Shown piece after piece: positions 1 to 9,160 of a stretch of DNA of 64,000 bases. The position numbers were made by a program, and so were the translations under genes. The notes beneath the pieces are model-generated. The model searched no databases and was not told the DNA's origin. It saw only the letters and a list, made by a program, of their open reading frames with translations. The first letter of the stretch is position 1. Each line of letters begins with the position of its first letter. Source of the DNA: a virus; the IMG/VR virus record IMGVR_UViG_3300036790_000811, positions 1 to 64,000 of that record. One strand, written 5' to 3'.

Positions 1-762
1 GGCCCCGGACAGCTTCTCGAATTCGGCGTCCATGTGGGGCAGCTTGTCGCCCGACCGCTCGGGGGTGATGATGAAGCTCCGCTCGAACAGGTCGTCCACC
101 CATCCCCCCGTCGCGGTGAGGATCCGCTCTTTGGCACCGAGCATCATGGCGCCGAAACTGGACTGGCGGTTCAGTCCCCCTCCCCTTGCGTCAAGAGAAC
201 CGGAGGACTCCTTGTAGGCCGCAACGAACTTCTGGATCTCCATGTTGGCCCGTCCCCCGCCGATCTCCCGGTCGAATTCATCGAGCGTGATCGTCATGTT
301 GTGGGCCAGCGCCTCCCGCAAGCCGGGCGCGGTCACCATCGTGTCTACCAGTCCCGTCCAGTCGCGGCAGACCGACCCCACCTCCTCCATCAGGCGGGAC
401 TTGCCTGACCCTTTGGCGGCGATGAAGAACAGTCTGGGATGGGCGCCGAACACCAGGGTGCCGTGCATGTCCCGGAAGTGGGTACTGGCGGCCCACAGCA
501 CCGCAAGGTCCAGCGAGGCGGGACTGGGCCAGCGTCCGTACCTGGAGAACATCCAGTGTGTCGCGTCCAGCAGTTTCGCCGAGTTGACGTCCACGTCGCG
601 GCGCTGGTTCAGCTTCTGCGCCCCGACCGTCACCGCCTGCCGGATCCGTGCGGGCTCACTGTCCGGCTTGCGTGCGACCTGGTGCTGCCTGGCTGCCTGT
701 TCCTTCACCGTCTTCGCGCCGGAATTCCCGGCGGCGGTGATGCCCCTGGTAACTGCTCCCAC
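1..762 (-). CDS. DUF3631-like P-loop ATPase (runs off window start)
   Basis: Manual translation from GTG 762: LWAASTH...HPRLFFIAAKGSGKSRLMEE (Walker A)...TITLDEFD (Walker B); start overlaps the upstream TAG. Confidence 0.7.
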   Translation of the reverse strand, partial: MGAVTRGITAAGNSGAKTVKEQAARQHQVARKPDSEPARIRQAVTVGAQKLNQRRDVDVNSAKLLDATHWMFSRYGRWPSPASLDLAVLWAASTHFRDMHGTLVFGAHPRLFFIAAKGSGKSRLMEEVGSVCRDWTGLVDTMVTAPGLREALAHNMTITLDEFDREIGGGRANMEIQKFVAAYKESSGSLDARGGGLNRQSSFGAMMLGAKERILTATGGWVDDLFERSFIITPERSGDKLPHMDAEFEKLSGA

Positions 763-959
763 TATTCCTCCTCCTCCCAGCTGTCCCGGGATCCGTCCCA
801 CTTGATGACGGTTCCGTCAGTGAGGGCAACCACGTCGTTGCGGTAGTTCGGATCGAGTTCCAGTGTCAGTTCAGGGTCATAGTCCGGCAGGGGGTAGATG
901 ATGTCCTGCCAGATGTTGTCACCGGTGTAGTCGTTGAGCTGGTCAGTGAGCTCACTCAT
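762..959 (-). CDS. small acidic hypothetical protein
   Basis: MSELTDQLNDY...WEEEE; ATGA overlap with the upstream gene. Confidence 0.65.
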   Translation of the reverse strand: MSELTDQLNDYTGDNIWQDIIYPLPDYDPELTLELDPNYRNDVVALTDGTVIKWDGSRDSWEEEE

Positions 960-1363
960 GCGAATGCCCCGTCCGTCTTGTCGTGGAAGTCGTTCACGTC
1001 CGTGTAGTAGCCGATCTTCGCGCCCGGGTCCCTGCGGAACAGCTCCGCGATCAGCTCCCCCCACTCCTCCCATGTGGCCGCGAACTTGAGAGTGGTCGCG
1101 TAGTTCACGCTCGCGCCCCGTCCTCCGCTGCCGTTGCGGACCCTCCGGGTCTTCTGCCGCGTCCCGTAGCGGGTCGCGTAGCCTTCGGGGAGCTTCCCCC
1201 CGGTGCCGGTGCCCAGCTGGACATCCACCGCGCGAGCGTGGCTCCGTGAGCCGTGCGCGGAGTACTCCGCGAACCGCACGCCCGTGGCTATGAGCTCGTT
1301 GTACTGGCACGTAGCCAGGGCCTCGGCGATCTCGTCGTCTGTCAGCTTTGTGTGTATCCGCAT
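956..1363 (-). CDS. hypothetical phage protein
   Basis: 135-aa ORF with purine-rich SD-like sequence upstream, packed in operon. Confidence 0.7.
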   Translation of the reverse strand: MRIHTKLTDDEIAEALATCQYNELIATGVRFAEYSAHGSRSHARAVDVQLGTGTGGKLPEGYATRYGTRQKTRRVRNGSGGRGASVNYATTLKFAATWEEWGELIAELFRRDPGAKIGYYTDVNDFHDKTDGAFA

Positions 1364-1377
1364 CGATCTTTCCCCTA

Positions 1378-1887
1378 TCAGTCTAGGCAGGACACGGGAA
1401 GCTGGATCCAGTTCCCGTGCTCGCAGGCTTCCCCGTCATCGGAGGTGAACCGGTTGATCACCAGGTTGTTCACCTGGCACTGGCACGCGTCCCCGTCCTT
1501 GAACTGTTCCGCGCCGACGTGAGCGATGACGCCGCATGCCGCGCAGTACTCGTTGGAGTCGCTCCCCTGCGAGGTGAGATACAGGTCCTCCGAGATGTCG
1601 TGCTCTCGCGCGTACTCGGTACGGCAGGATTCCGAGCAGAAGGGGAGAAGATCCCCGTCCCCCAGATAGTCACCGTCAGCGTTGGTTCCGATGTAGTGCA
1701 TGTCTTTCTCCTTAACAGTCCGGGTGCTCTCGCCATTGATGTCCGGGTGCTTCCGGTCAAATGCCTCCCGCATGTCGGCGGCGACGGTGCAGTCATCCGC
1801 GTGGGAGCTGATCTCGTCCGGGTAGGGGGTAGCGCACTCCCCGCAATAGGGGAAGCCTTCGTTGTCGTCTATGGGCCAGTCGTCCAT
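1378..1887 (-). CDS. Cys-rich hypothetical protein, probably two in-frame cistrons (internal start at 1701)
   Basis: MDDWPID...YCGECATP; internal AAGGAG SD before MHYIG. Confidence 0.6.
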   Translation of the reverse strand: MDDWPIDDNEGFPYCGECATPYPDEISSHADDCTVAADMREAFDRKHPDINGESTRTVKEKDMHYIGTNADGDYLGDGDLLPFCSESCRTEYAREHDISEDLYLTSQGSDSNEYCAACGVIAHVGAEQFKDGDACQCQVNNLVINRFTSDDGEACEHGNWIQLPVSCLD

Positions 1888-2039
1888 CAGGTCTCCGTTT
1901 CGGGGTAGGCGTCGGCTTGCCAGCCGGCGGGGATGACGTCCCGCACCATAGCGAGGCGCGAGAGAACGTCCCACTGCGTGCAGGGGATCGGGTTGCCCAT
2001 GGGGTCCCCGCACGTGATCCGGATAGACCAGCGCTTCAC
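1887..2039 (-). CDS. small hypothetical protein
   Basis: 50-aa ORF filling the gap with GTGA and TGATG overlaps. Confidence 0.45.
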   Translation of the reverse strand: MKRWSIRITCGDPMGNPIPCTQWDVLSRLAMVRDVIPAGWQADAYPETET

Positions 2040-2518
2040 TGGCCTAGCAGGGTGCGCAGGTAGTCAGCCGTGAGCCAGTCCGGCAGGGGCTCCACTAGCC
2101 ACGCGTGCCCCCATTTGTAGCCTGTCTCGGGGCACGGGGGACTGTCCAGTCCCGCGTTCTTCTCCTGGTGGACGCAGCCGGGCTTCATGTCGTTGAGGTG
2201 ATACCTGCCCAGGGCGAGCAGGTCACGCACGGTGCCCATGCTGACTCCCCGGACGGGCTTCCCGTTCGCTATCAGTTCCTTCAGCGGCTCCGCAGTGGCG
2301 CCGCCCATCAGGACGCCAGTCCCGCTCGCGTTCAACACCCACGGCGTGAGGATGAACCGCTGGGCGTCCCGGACCGTTGCGTGAGCGGTGGTCTGGTGGT
2401 CCCCCGGGACGGAAATCAGGGTCACGCTCACGGTGACCCGGAGGCGGGACTTGTATCCGTAGCTGTCACCGGGAATGGTCCCGATGTAGTGATGGGTGAC
2501 GCTGAAATTTGTCATCAC
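2036..2518 (-). CDS. hypothetical phage protein
   Basis: 160 aa; YHLNDMKPGCVHQ...CPETGYKWGHAWL. Confidence 0.7.
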   Translation of the reverse strand: MMTNFSVTHHYIGTIPGDSYGYKSRLRVTVSVTLISVPGDHQTTAHATVRDAQRFILTPWVLNASGTGVLMGGATAEPLKELIANGKPVRGVSMGTVRDLLALGRYHLNDMKPGCVHQEKNAGLDSPPCPETGYKWGHAWLVEPLPDWLTADYLRTLLGQ

Positions 2519-2596
2519 TTTCCCTTTCGGTGGTCTGTCATTGCGTGGCCACGGGTGCCTTTGCGGCGTACGCCTGTCGCGTTCCGTGGCTTGGTG

Positions 2597-2785
2597 CTAC
2601 TTCCGCTTGCGGTCCAGCTTGCGCTGAGCCTCATCCTTGCTGGCGGCAAGGATCACTCCCGGGCTAGGAGTGCCGTGCACGGTGCGCATGGTCTCCAGCC
2701 CGGTAAGCCATGCCCGCATCTCGCCTTTTTCGTAAGGTCCGAGAATGACCGTGCTTTCGGTGCAGAGCCATCGGTATATCTCCAT
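2597..2785 (-). CDS. small hypothetical protein
   Basis: 62-aa ORF with GAAAGGA SD. Confidence 0.55.
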   Translation of the reverse strand: MEIYRWLCTESTVILGPYEKGEMRAWLTGLETMRTVHGTPSPGVILAASKDEAQRKLDRKRK

Positions 2786-2832
2786 CGGATATCCTTTCCG
2801 GTTTGATATAATCGCAGGTAGATGACTTGTGT

Positions 2833-3123
2833 CTAGTCTTCCGTCACCGAGTAGGCGAGCCCGAGATCATGGTCCCCGTCATATCCCGGGGTGTCACCGT
2901 AGATCGTGTCCGGACCATGCTCACTGCTCGCATAGGCGTCCAGCTCATCCACTGTGGAGCTGTAGGGACCCCCATCCCCGGTAACGTCCACCGCGAAATC
3001 CTCGGACTCCCTGCGCCGTTCCGCGAGCCAGCTCCATGCGTCCCTCGGGGAGTCGAATACCGGGGGATCGTCATCCATCGGGAGATACCCGGGGACATTT
3101 TCCGTGGCCACATACTTACTCAC
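2833..3123 (-). CDS. acidic hypothetical protein
   Basis: GTG start, SKYVATENVPGYLPMDD. Confidence 0.6.
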   Translation of the reverse strand: MSKYVATENVPGYLPMDDDPPVFDSPRDAWSWLAERRRESEDFAVDVTGDGGPYSSTVDELDAYASSEHGPDTIYGDTPGYDGDHDLGLAYSVTED

Positions 3124-3352
3124 TGACAAGCTCCATATCCGTGATGGTGCCCCGTCCCGACAGGGTGATGGTGCAGGTCCTCCCCGCGTAACGGAGCTCG
3201 GAGCCGTAGAGCAACAGCCCGATCTGGGCATTCGACTTCGTGTTCCAGGTCCCCTCCGACGTGCGGACCGCGTAGACATTGTGGCCGTTGGAGGTACGCA
3301 GGTATTTCACCTCGTGCACCGTGGCAGTGAACGGGTTGGTCAGCATGATCAT
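3116..3352 (-). CDS. hypothetical protein
   Basis: 78-aa ORF, GAAAGGA SD, ATGA overlap. Confidence 0.6.
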   Translation of the reverse strand: MIMLTNPFTATVHEVKYLRTSNGHNVYAVRTSEGTWNTKSNAQIGLLLYGSELRYAGRTCTITLSGRGTITDMELVSE

Positions 3353-3543
3353 TTCCTTTCATCTCTATCAGGGCGGGGAACTGACCGCCGGTCATCGTTC
3401 TGCAGTTCGGCTAGCGTGTCGTGCAGGACGTCGTCCCCGACAGTGCAGTCCGGGGAATGCGACGCGGGGGTTTCCGGATCATCGGTACCGCACTCTCCGC
3501 AGTAGCCATCGGTCGCCCAATCGGACCATGAGTAGTCTTTCAC
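3349..3543 (-). CDS. small CxxC...HxxxC protein
   Basis: YCGECG...HSPDCTV, similar to the N-terminal part of 1378..1887. Confidence 0.55.
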   Translation of the reverse strand: MKDYSWSDWATDGYCGECGTDDPETPASHSPDCTVGDDVLHDTLAELQNDDRRSVPRPDRDERK

Positions 3544-3547
3544 CTGG

Positions 3548-3766
3548 TCATTTCCTTTCGGTGTTCGTGACCCGCGAGAGTCCGGGAAGAACCTTGCTCG
3601 CGTCGTACCCGTACGATCCGAGTATCGCGATGTACTCGGGGTGCCTAGGGGGAAAGCCTCCCTTGGCGAGCCATTCCCCTAGCGCGTCGGCGCATTCCGC
3701 CGCCTGCCAGGAATGCCCCCGCCGCTCCGCTGCGAGCAGGTCCGCCAGTGCCTGATCCGGATCCAT
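3548..3766 (-). CDS. hypothetical protein
   Basis: MDPDQALADL...EWLAKGGFPP, a small-protein motif I recognise from actinophages. Confidence 0.65.
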   Translation of the reverse strand: MDPDQALADLLAAERRGHSWQAAECADALGEWLAKGGFPPRHPEYIAILGSYGYDASKVLPGLSRVTNTERK

Positions 3767-3839
3767 GTCATCTCTCTTTCGCTAGCCGGTCATTGATGCC
3801 CACGGAGACTAACGAAACGCTGCCTCCATGGGCACGGAA

Positions 3840-4022
3840 TCACTGGCTGACGTAGATCCCGTTCCGGCGCATGACCTGCGCGCGGGCAACCAGGTCACGG
3901 GACGCTTGCGCTTCCGCCGCCTTGCGCTCCCGCTCCCGCTTGTCACGGAGCCGGCCGATCACGGCCACGGGGTTGTCAGCCGGAACAAAGCGGCCCTTGC
4001 CATTGCGGTATGACTTTGCCAT
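3840..4022 (-). CDS. small basic hypothetical protein
   Basis: MAKSYRNGKGRFV; GAAAGGA SD. Confidence 0.55.
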   Translation of the reverse strand: MAKSYRNGKGRFVPADNPVAVIGRLRDKRERERKAAEAQASRDLVARAQVMRRNGIYVSQ

Positions 4023-4098
4023 CGGATCATCCTTTCGGTAGGTGCGTCCCTCATGGCGCACGCGGAGTGCCACGGGTGACCGTGGCAGACCGCGGGAG

Positions 4099-4305
4099 TC
4101 AGATGGCTTGCTCACTGCGGTACTTGCGTACGGCCGCCTTAACGGCTTTGATTTCCGGGCTGAGCATGTTGTCGGGAAGGTCAACGTCGAACGCGGTTTC
4201 CACGCGGTACAGCGCGTCGTCCCAATCGATCCGCGTGCCATTGTCGTAGAAACTGCATATGTAGTCTGCTACCTCGTCCATATCTAGATCTTCGAACTTA
4301 GCCAC
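4099..4305 (-). CDS. small hypothetical protein
   Basis: 68 aa; GAGGT SD. Confidence 0.55.
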   Translation of the reverse strand: MAKFEDLDMDEVADYICSFYDNGTRIDWDDALYRVETAFDVDLPDNMLSPEIKAVKAAVRKYRSEQAI

Positions 4306-4414
4306 GATCTACCTCATGAATCGCAGGTTCGTGATGTCGCCGCCTGATCGCCGCCATGTCGTCATCCTTTCGCCGATGCCCCGTACGGGGCACAGAGGGG
4401 TCTGTGAGTCCCTC

Positions 4415-4451
4415 AAACCCCGACCCGGTATCAGGTACCGGGTCGGGGTTT
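4415..4451. terminator. intrinsic terminator (possibly bidirectional)
   Basis: 16-bp perfect inverted repeat AAACCCCGACCCGGTA-N5-TACCGGGTCGGGGTTT. Confidence 0.7.
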
Positions 4452-4458
4452 CAAAGCC

Positions 4459-4659
4459 TCACGGATAGGTGCGCAGGCTCCGGCGGAGTGCTTCGGCCTT
4501 AATGTCGGTCACCAGGTAGAAACCGGTACCCCGGTCATACTCGATCTTCTGCCCGGCATAGCCCCACCAAGTGCTCATCCTGGCTTCATCCATGATCCAC
4601 AGGGGAAGTCCGCGATCGGTGCACCACTGCTCGGTTTCCTCGTGGGTAAGACGTTCCAT
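4459..4659 (-). CDS. small hypothetical protein
   Basis: MERLTHEE; GAAAGGA SD. Confidence 0.55.
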   Translation of the reverse strand: MERLTHEETEQWCTDRGLPLWIMDEARMSTWWGYAGQKIEYDRGTGFYLVTDIKAEALRRSLRTYP

Positions 4660-4732
4660 GACCTGTCCTTTCGGTTGACCATACGGCCATAGCCACAGAG
4701 GGAACACGTCCCTCCGTGACTAAAGCGGTACG

Positions 4733-5041
4733 TCAGTTCTCGGAGGTGAGAGTGCGCTCATAGGTCACGGCAGGACCGGCGGTGTCGGTCGTGATCCGGT
4801 GGAGCTGGGAGGTATCCGAGTCCTTTCCGGTGACCTGCATGTAGCCGTCCGGCCAGACGGTGACCTGTGTCCCGTCCGTGAGCGTGAGCTCCGCCAGGAC
4901 GGCGTTGGACGGTCCGGCTGACTCCCTGTGGTAGTGCCCCTCCACTGACAGGGGGACGTTGTGAACGATGTTCACTTCCCCGAACGGAGGGTGAACGTCG
5001 GGATCGACGGTGATCAGGTCATGCATCGAGTCGGTGTTCAT
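4733..5041 (-). CDS. hypothetical protein
   Basis: 102 aa; ATGA overlap. Confidence 0.6.
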   Translation of the reverse strand: MNTDSMHDLITVDPDVHPPFGEVNIVHNVPLSVEGHYHRESAGPSNAVLAELTLTDGTQVTVWPDGYMQVTGKDSDTSQLHRITTDTAGPAVTYERTLTSEN

Positions 5042-5217
5042 GAGTCTGTTCCCTCAATCCTGGTGATGACGTAGCCGGACGCGATGAGCGCGTAGACCCG
5101 CTGCGAGAGGCTGGAAAGGTGCAGGTAGTCGTTCAGTTCCGGGGCGCGGGTGCCATCGGGACGGGGGCGGGAGTCCTGATAGGTGATCCTGTACTCGGTG
5201 TCTTGATTCACGGTCAT
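5038..5217 (-). CDS. small hypothetical protein
   Basis: MTVNQDTEYRITY. Confidence 0.5.
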   Translation of the reverse strand: MTVNQDTEYRITYQDSRPRPDGTRAPELNDYLHLSSLSQRVYALIASGYVITRIEGTDS

Positions 5218-5310
5218 CTCTCTATCGCGTTGACATCTAGGTAGACGGTACACCGTGAGAGGCGCATGCGGAAGCCATGGGAGGGATACTCGTGGCAACC
5301 GTGCGCTTCC

Positions 5311-5481
5311 CTAGCGGACGGACGCAAGGACGGAGTCGGTCACCAGGATCAGGGTGCCCTTGCTGTTTACGGTGAAGTACCGGACCGACGGGCGCCGGCC
5401 TAGCTCCCTGGTGACGGCCGACAGGTCGGACCGCGACGTGATCTCGTAGGCGTATTCCGGGTTGAATGTCATGATCATCAT
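5311..5481 (-). CDS. small hypothetical protein, first gene of the leftward operon
   Basis: Manual translation MMIMTFNPEYAYEIT...; GAAAGAG SD-like sequence. Confidence 0.5.
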   Translation of the reverse strand: MMIMTFNPEYAYEITSRSDLSAVTRELGRRPSVRYFTVNSKGTLILVTDSVLASVR

Positions 5482-5943
5482 CTCTTTCGGTGTGCTGATG
5501 CTGCGTACCGCCCGTGGGGTCTAAGCCCATTGCCCGTGCCCTGGGAGTTACCGGGAGCGGGATGTAATCCGTTCGGCGGGACAAGGCGAGGATTGGTCGC
5601 CTGCGAGTCATAGCCGGATCGATCAGTGATCCCTGAGTGCTCCCGTACGCTCCCGCACGTCTTTTATGCGGGCAGTCATGTAACAGGTTCGTTGTCTAGA
5701 GCCAGGGTCGTCTGTCCCCGCGTCTCCCGGTAAGGCCGCCTAGATCTCGTCTGCTGCACCATCGGCTCAACCACCGGCCCATCGGCATGGGCGTCGTAAT
5801 CGCGAGCAGGAGGCTAAGCCTCGGAACTGTCTCGCGGCTGATTCAGTTGTCCGGCTTCGCCATCGCCCGCAAGCTTTGAGCCTCTTGCGCCCGGGGCCTT
5901 TCGGTGATCCCGGACTCGGTTCCTGGCGTCGCTCGGTGGAACA
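5482..5943 (-). ncRNA. putative large structured leader/ncRNA
   Basis: No credible ORF; many hairpins and a 10-bp long-range helix 5548-5557/5724-5733; directly downstream of a consensus promoter. Confidence 0.5.
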
Positions 5944-5949
5944 TGACCG

Positions 5950-5978
5950 ACGCTACGGAGATAGGTGCACCGTGTCAA
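5950..5978 (-). promoter_or_regulatory. sigma70-type promoter
   Basis: TTGACA-N17-TAGCGT on the minus strand. Confidence 0.75.
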
Positions 5979-6005
5979 GAGATGTCAACGCTCTGATTCT
6001 CATCG

Positions 6006-6578
6006 TTACCGTCCTGTGACATCACCAGGGGAAGGGTTCCACGCTGCCCTGCACTTGTAGCAGGCCACGGTGCCGGCCGACGTCTCGATCACGGGATGCC
6101 CGGGGTGCGTGGCGTGATAGCGGATCAGGGCAGCATCGCGGGGGAGGACGGGCAAAATCTCATTAGAGTGAGTCTCATTAGTATCGTTGCTCATCTGGGT
6201 GAGCACGGTAGGTTGCTCACCCAGATGAGCAAGGTCGGGCATGGTGATGCCGTAGACCGTGGCTTTTCCCGGTCGCTTGCGCTCGGTGAGCCATCCCAGC
6301 GATACGAGAGTGGCAAGGTGCCGCCGCACGGTTGCCTGCCCGAATCCCGTCATGGTGGCTAGCGTGGCGACGGACGGTCGTAGCTCATGTCCCCACGTTC
6401 CGTACCGGCCGGCGAGCCATGATGCTGTCCACCGGATGTCCTGCGACCCTTTGGCGGTACCGAGCTTGCGGAGCGTCTCGTCACTGCCCATGGCGGCGAA
6501 CCATGCTGTCAGCCCCTCTGAGGGACGCCGACCCCCGGATCGGTACATCGGGACCCCCCGTCCCGGAAACCGGCTCAC
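6006..6578 (-). CDS. helix-turn-helix (HTH_36-like) DNA-binding/replication-type protein
   Basis: PSVATLATMTGFGQATVRRHLATLVSLGWL...RPGKATVY. Confidence 0.7.
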   Translation of the reverse strand: MSRFPGRGVPMYRSGGRRPSEGLTAWFAAMGSDETLRKLGTAKGSQDIRWTASWLAGRYGTWGHELRPSVATLATMTGFGQATVRRHLATLVSLGWLTERKRPGKATVYGITMPDLAHLGEQPTVLTQMSNDTNETHSNEILPVLPRDAALIRYHATHPGHPVIETSAGTVACYKCRAAWNPSPGDVTGR

Positions 6579-6658
6579 AGTCGCTCATAGAGCCGTCTGG
6601 GGCATAAGGAAAGCCCCCCACTCAATCGAGTGAGAGGCTTCCCCCCGGGGAACAGTTG

Positions 6659-7039
6659 TCAGTTGCTCTCGTCGCAGTTGTTGAGCTGACCGGACCGGAG
6701 CGTGCAGGTGAATTCCGCGTACTTCCCGTTGACCAGCGCGGTGCGGCTCACCCGATTCCCGCCGACGCTGACCCATCCGGCAGAGTCCCACCGGGTCACG
6801 GCAGGACGGGGAGCCGGATGACGGCTCATCAGCGGTCCCTGGAACTGAAGGACGGCCATCACCATGGCGGTCATCGCCAGGGCCGCCATGGCGATAGCCA
6901 GGGGCAGGAAGCGCTTTGGGTAGGTCATGGTAGCCATCGTCCCCAGGCGCGCCCAGAAGAGGCACCGGGAACTGTGCAGCGGACGGTACAGCGGCGTAGC
7001 GGCGGGGGCGGGAGTTCCTGCGTGCCTCATGATCATCAT
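6659..7039 (-). CDS. membrane/secreted hypothetical protein
   Basis: Hydrophobic segment FLPLAIAMAALAMTAMVMAVL; GAAAGG SD. Confidence 0.5.
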   Translation of the reverse strand: MMIMRHAGTPAPAATPLYRPLHSSRCLFWARLGTMATMTYPKRFLPLAIAMAALAMTAMVMAVLQFQGPLMSRHPAPRPAVTRWDSAGWVSVGGNRVSRTALVNGKYAEFTCTLRSGQLNNCDESN

Positions 7040-7344
7040 CCTTTCACCGGTCTATCAGTACCAAAGGTACACCATCGGGGGATCGGTCAACACCCTCGGA
7101 GGGAACCAATCTGGCAGTACCTCTATAGGGTTATGCCGTTATACCCCGATATCAGGGGACTTGTCCGTTTCGCATCATCGTACTGGACCGCTGGTCAATT
7201 TTAGAAGGGTGAGTTTACTAGTTTTTAGTGGACGGATGTCCGTTAAAACGTGAGTGTGTGTGAGTGCAGTGATGGAGGGCACTGCGACAGCACGGCGAGC
7301 CGTAGCCTGCCTGCCATTCACCACTTCCACGCACCTAGACCACC

Positions 7345-7358
7345 GTTTCACGTGAAAC
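7345..7358. promoter_or_regulatory. parS: parS site 1
   Basis: Perfect palindrome GTTTCACGTGAAAC, the actinobacterial parS consensus. Confidence 0.85.
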
Positions 7359-7452
7359 ATTCACTTCCTCCGTCCTGTACTCGACTACCACTGACTACGT
7401 GCTACGGTAACCGACCCTGTGCTACCGTTCGCTAGTCTGTGAGACTAGCACC

Positions 7453-7466
7453 GTTTCACGTGAAAC
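7453..7466. promoter_or_regulatory. parS: parS site 2
   Basis: Second perfect GTTTCACGTGAAAC within the 19-bp direct repeat CACCGTTTCACGTGAAACA (7341-7359, 7449-7467). Confidence 0.85.
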
Positions 7467-7720
7467 AGTACCTGTGACTCAGTCCCCGGACGAGTCCGGA
7501 GCTGCCCCGTGGTCACCTCCCTGTAGAGCCGGGCTCCCCTGAGAGGGAAGCCCCCCGGGGTGGGGAGGGCGCCGGGACCCGCCCCGGGATGATTCGCCCC
7601 GAGGGGGGCAGGTGGTGCTGGGACGGCAGCCCCTATAGCGCACCAGAAGAAAATTCCCTTCGGGCGATGCGAAATTTACAAAAAAAGTAAACTTCCTCGC
7701 GCGTTACGAGAATCCCGTTC

Positions 7721-7909
7721 TCATTCCCTGCCTGGGCGGTTCTTCTTGCGCACGTACTCCCGGTGCGCTTCCAGCTCCTCCGGGGTGAGAACCCGGGTCT
7801 CTACCTCACCGTCGCGTTCATGGTCAAGACGCTCAAGCTCGTGCTCGCGCCTCTCAGCGCCAGACCGTGTCGTCCATGTCCCGAACGTCGGGTAGGGGTC
7901 TTTTATCAC
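7721..7909 (-). CDS. small charged hypothetical protein
   Basis: 62-aa ORF. Confidence 0.5.
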   Translation of the reverse strand: MIKDPYPTFGTWTTRSGAERREHELERLDHERDGEVETRVLTPEELEAHREYVRKKNRPGRE

Positions 7910-8011
7910 TTGACCTTAAGGGAACCAACGTCAAAACCAGCCAATCATAGTTAACTGTCAAGTCACCAGAAAAGCAAATGACCCCCCAGTCGCCCGGGAG
8001 GTCATCGTCTT

Positions 8012-8434
8012 CTAGAGAGGCTCGTCGTTGAAAGTCCGCAGGTCATGAGGGGTAGAGCAGTCATCCACCAGGAAGTCACAGGCTCCCGTCAGGCTGGCGA
8101 GGTGATGGGAGCACACCGCTCTGGTGACGATCCGGCCGCAGTTGAAGATCAGCTGGAGCCTGGTGCTGGCCTCCGTTGCGCACTCACTGCACCGGGTCAC
8201 CTGATGAGGCAGGTCCGCTACCCTCCAGGATTCGATGGCCAGGGACTCTTTCCCGACCTCCAGCTTGGACGTGCCGTTCTCCAGCCCCCGCCGCACGCTA
8301 TCGGAACAGGTCCGGCAGGTGAACGTCGTCACCACCACGTCCGGCAGGCCCCCGATGATGAACGCCTTCACCGGGACGCTCACTCCGCACTGCTCGCAGG
8401 TCTGGGGGATCGTCATCGTGCTCATCTCAGTCAT
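8012..8434 (-). CDS. Cys-rich zinc-binding protein
   Basis: CEQC, CRTC, CSEC, CSHH. Confidence 0.6.
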   Translation of the reverse strand: MTEMSTMTIPQTCEQCGVSVPVKAFIIGGLPDVVVTTFTCRTCSDSVRRGLENGTSKLEVGKESLAIESWRVADLPHQVTRCSECATEASTRLQLIFNCGRIVTRAVCSHHLASLTGACDFLVDDCSTPHDLRTFNDEPL

Positions 8435-8867
8435 CCTCTCTGCCGTTCATCCGCTGCATCTCATCGATCACCGCCTGCGAGACCTGTCCTCCCGTAAGCG
8501 AGGCGTAGTTCCCGACTGCGTAAGCGTTGTCGTATTGGTCAACGCCTCCTCCGGAGGGGATATTCCAGGTGACCGGCTGGTTCCAGGTCTGGGGAGCGCT
8601 CCAGGTGGCCGAGATCTGAACATTGGGCGCAGACAGGCTGTAGAGCGGCAGCGGGTACACGCGCTCCTCCCCGTCGATACTTCTGGCGCCCTGGTAGACC
8701 ATGCTCCCGGGGCATGTCAGGCAGGCGAACCGGTACTCCGGCTTCTCCCAGACCAGCAGGTGGTCCGGGCATACTCCCCGGGCAATAAACGTGCCGCAGC
8801 CGGTGCATATCTCCGCCACGGCCCATCCTGCCTTCGCCCGGCACATGCCAGCCCATTCACATATCAC
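8427..8867 (-). CDS. Cys-rich zinc-binding protein
   Basis: GTG start (GTGA overlap) ICEWAGMC...ICTGC...CPDH. Confidence 0.6.
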   Translation of the reverse strand: MICEWAGMCRAKAGWAVAEICTGCGTFIARGVCPDHLLVWEKPEYRFACLTCPGSMVYQGARSIDGEERVYPLPLYSLSAPNVQISATWSAPQTWNQPVTWNIPSGGGVDQYDNAYAVGNYASLTGGQVSQAVIDEMQRMNGREDD

Positions 8868-9160
8868 GTCGTACTCCAGATGGGAGATGAGAGAGCCGGA
8901 AGGTTCGCCCCGAGCAACGGGCGTAGCCGCATCTTGTCCGCGCCGGAGTAGTCCCGGACGTCCCCGAAGGTGTTCTTGGCCATTCTCAGGATGACACTGC
9001 TCCCGCAGGCGCAGTACGACCCATTGCCTACCCACGCCTCCCAGCGGGACATGCAGGAGTTGCACAGCACCATGATGGCGTGAGCGTGGCACAGGGGGCA
9101 TATCTCGGCGGCGGCCCACAGCGCCCTCCACGGGCATTCCGGGCTCCAGTCGCATTTCAC
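8864..9160 (-). CDS. Cys-rich zinc-binding protein
   Basis: KCDWSPEC...ICPLC...CNSC. Confidence 0.6.
   Translation of the reverse strand: MKCDWSPECPWRALWAAAEICPLCHAHAIMVLCNSCMSRWEAWVGNGSYCACGSSVILRMAKNTFGDVRDYSGADKMRLRPLLGANLPALSSPIWSTT

Noticed and set aside
7250-7500. CRISPR-like repeat array
   Set aside because: Only two 19-bp repeats, explained as parS sites; no regular spacers and no cas genes.
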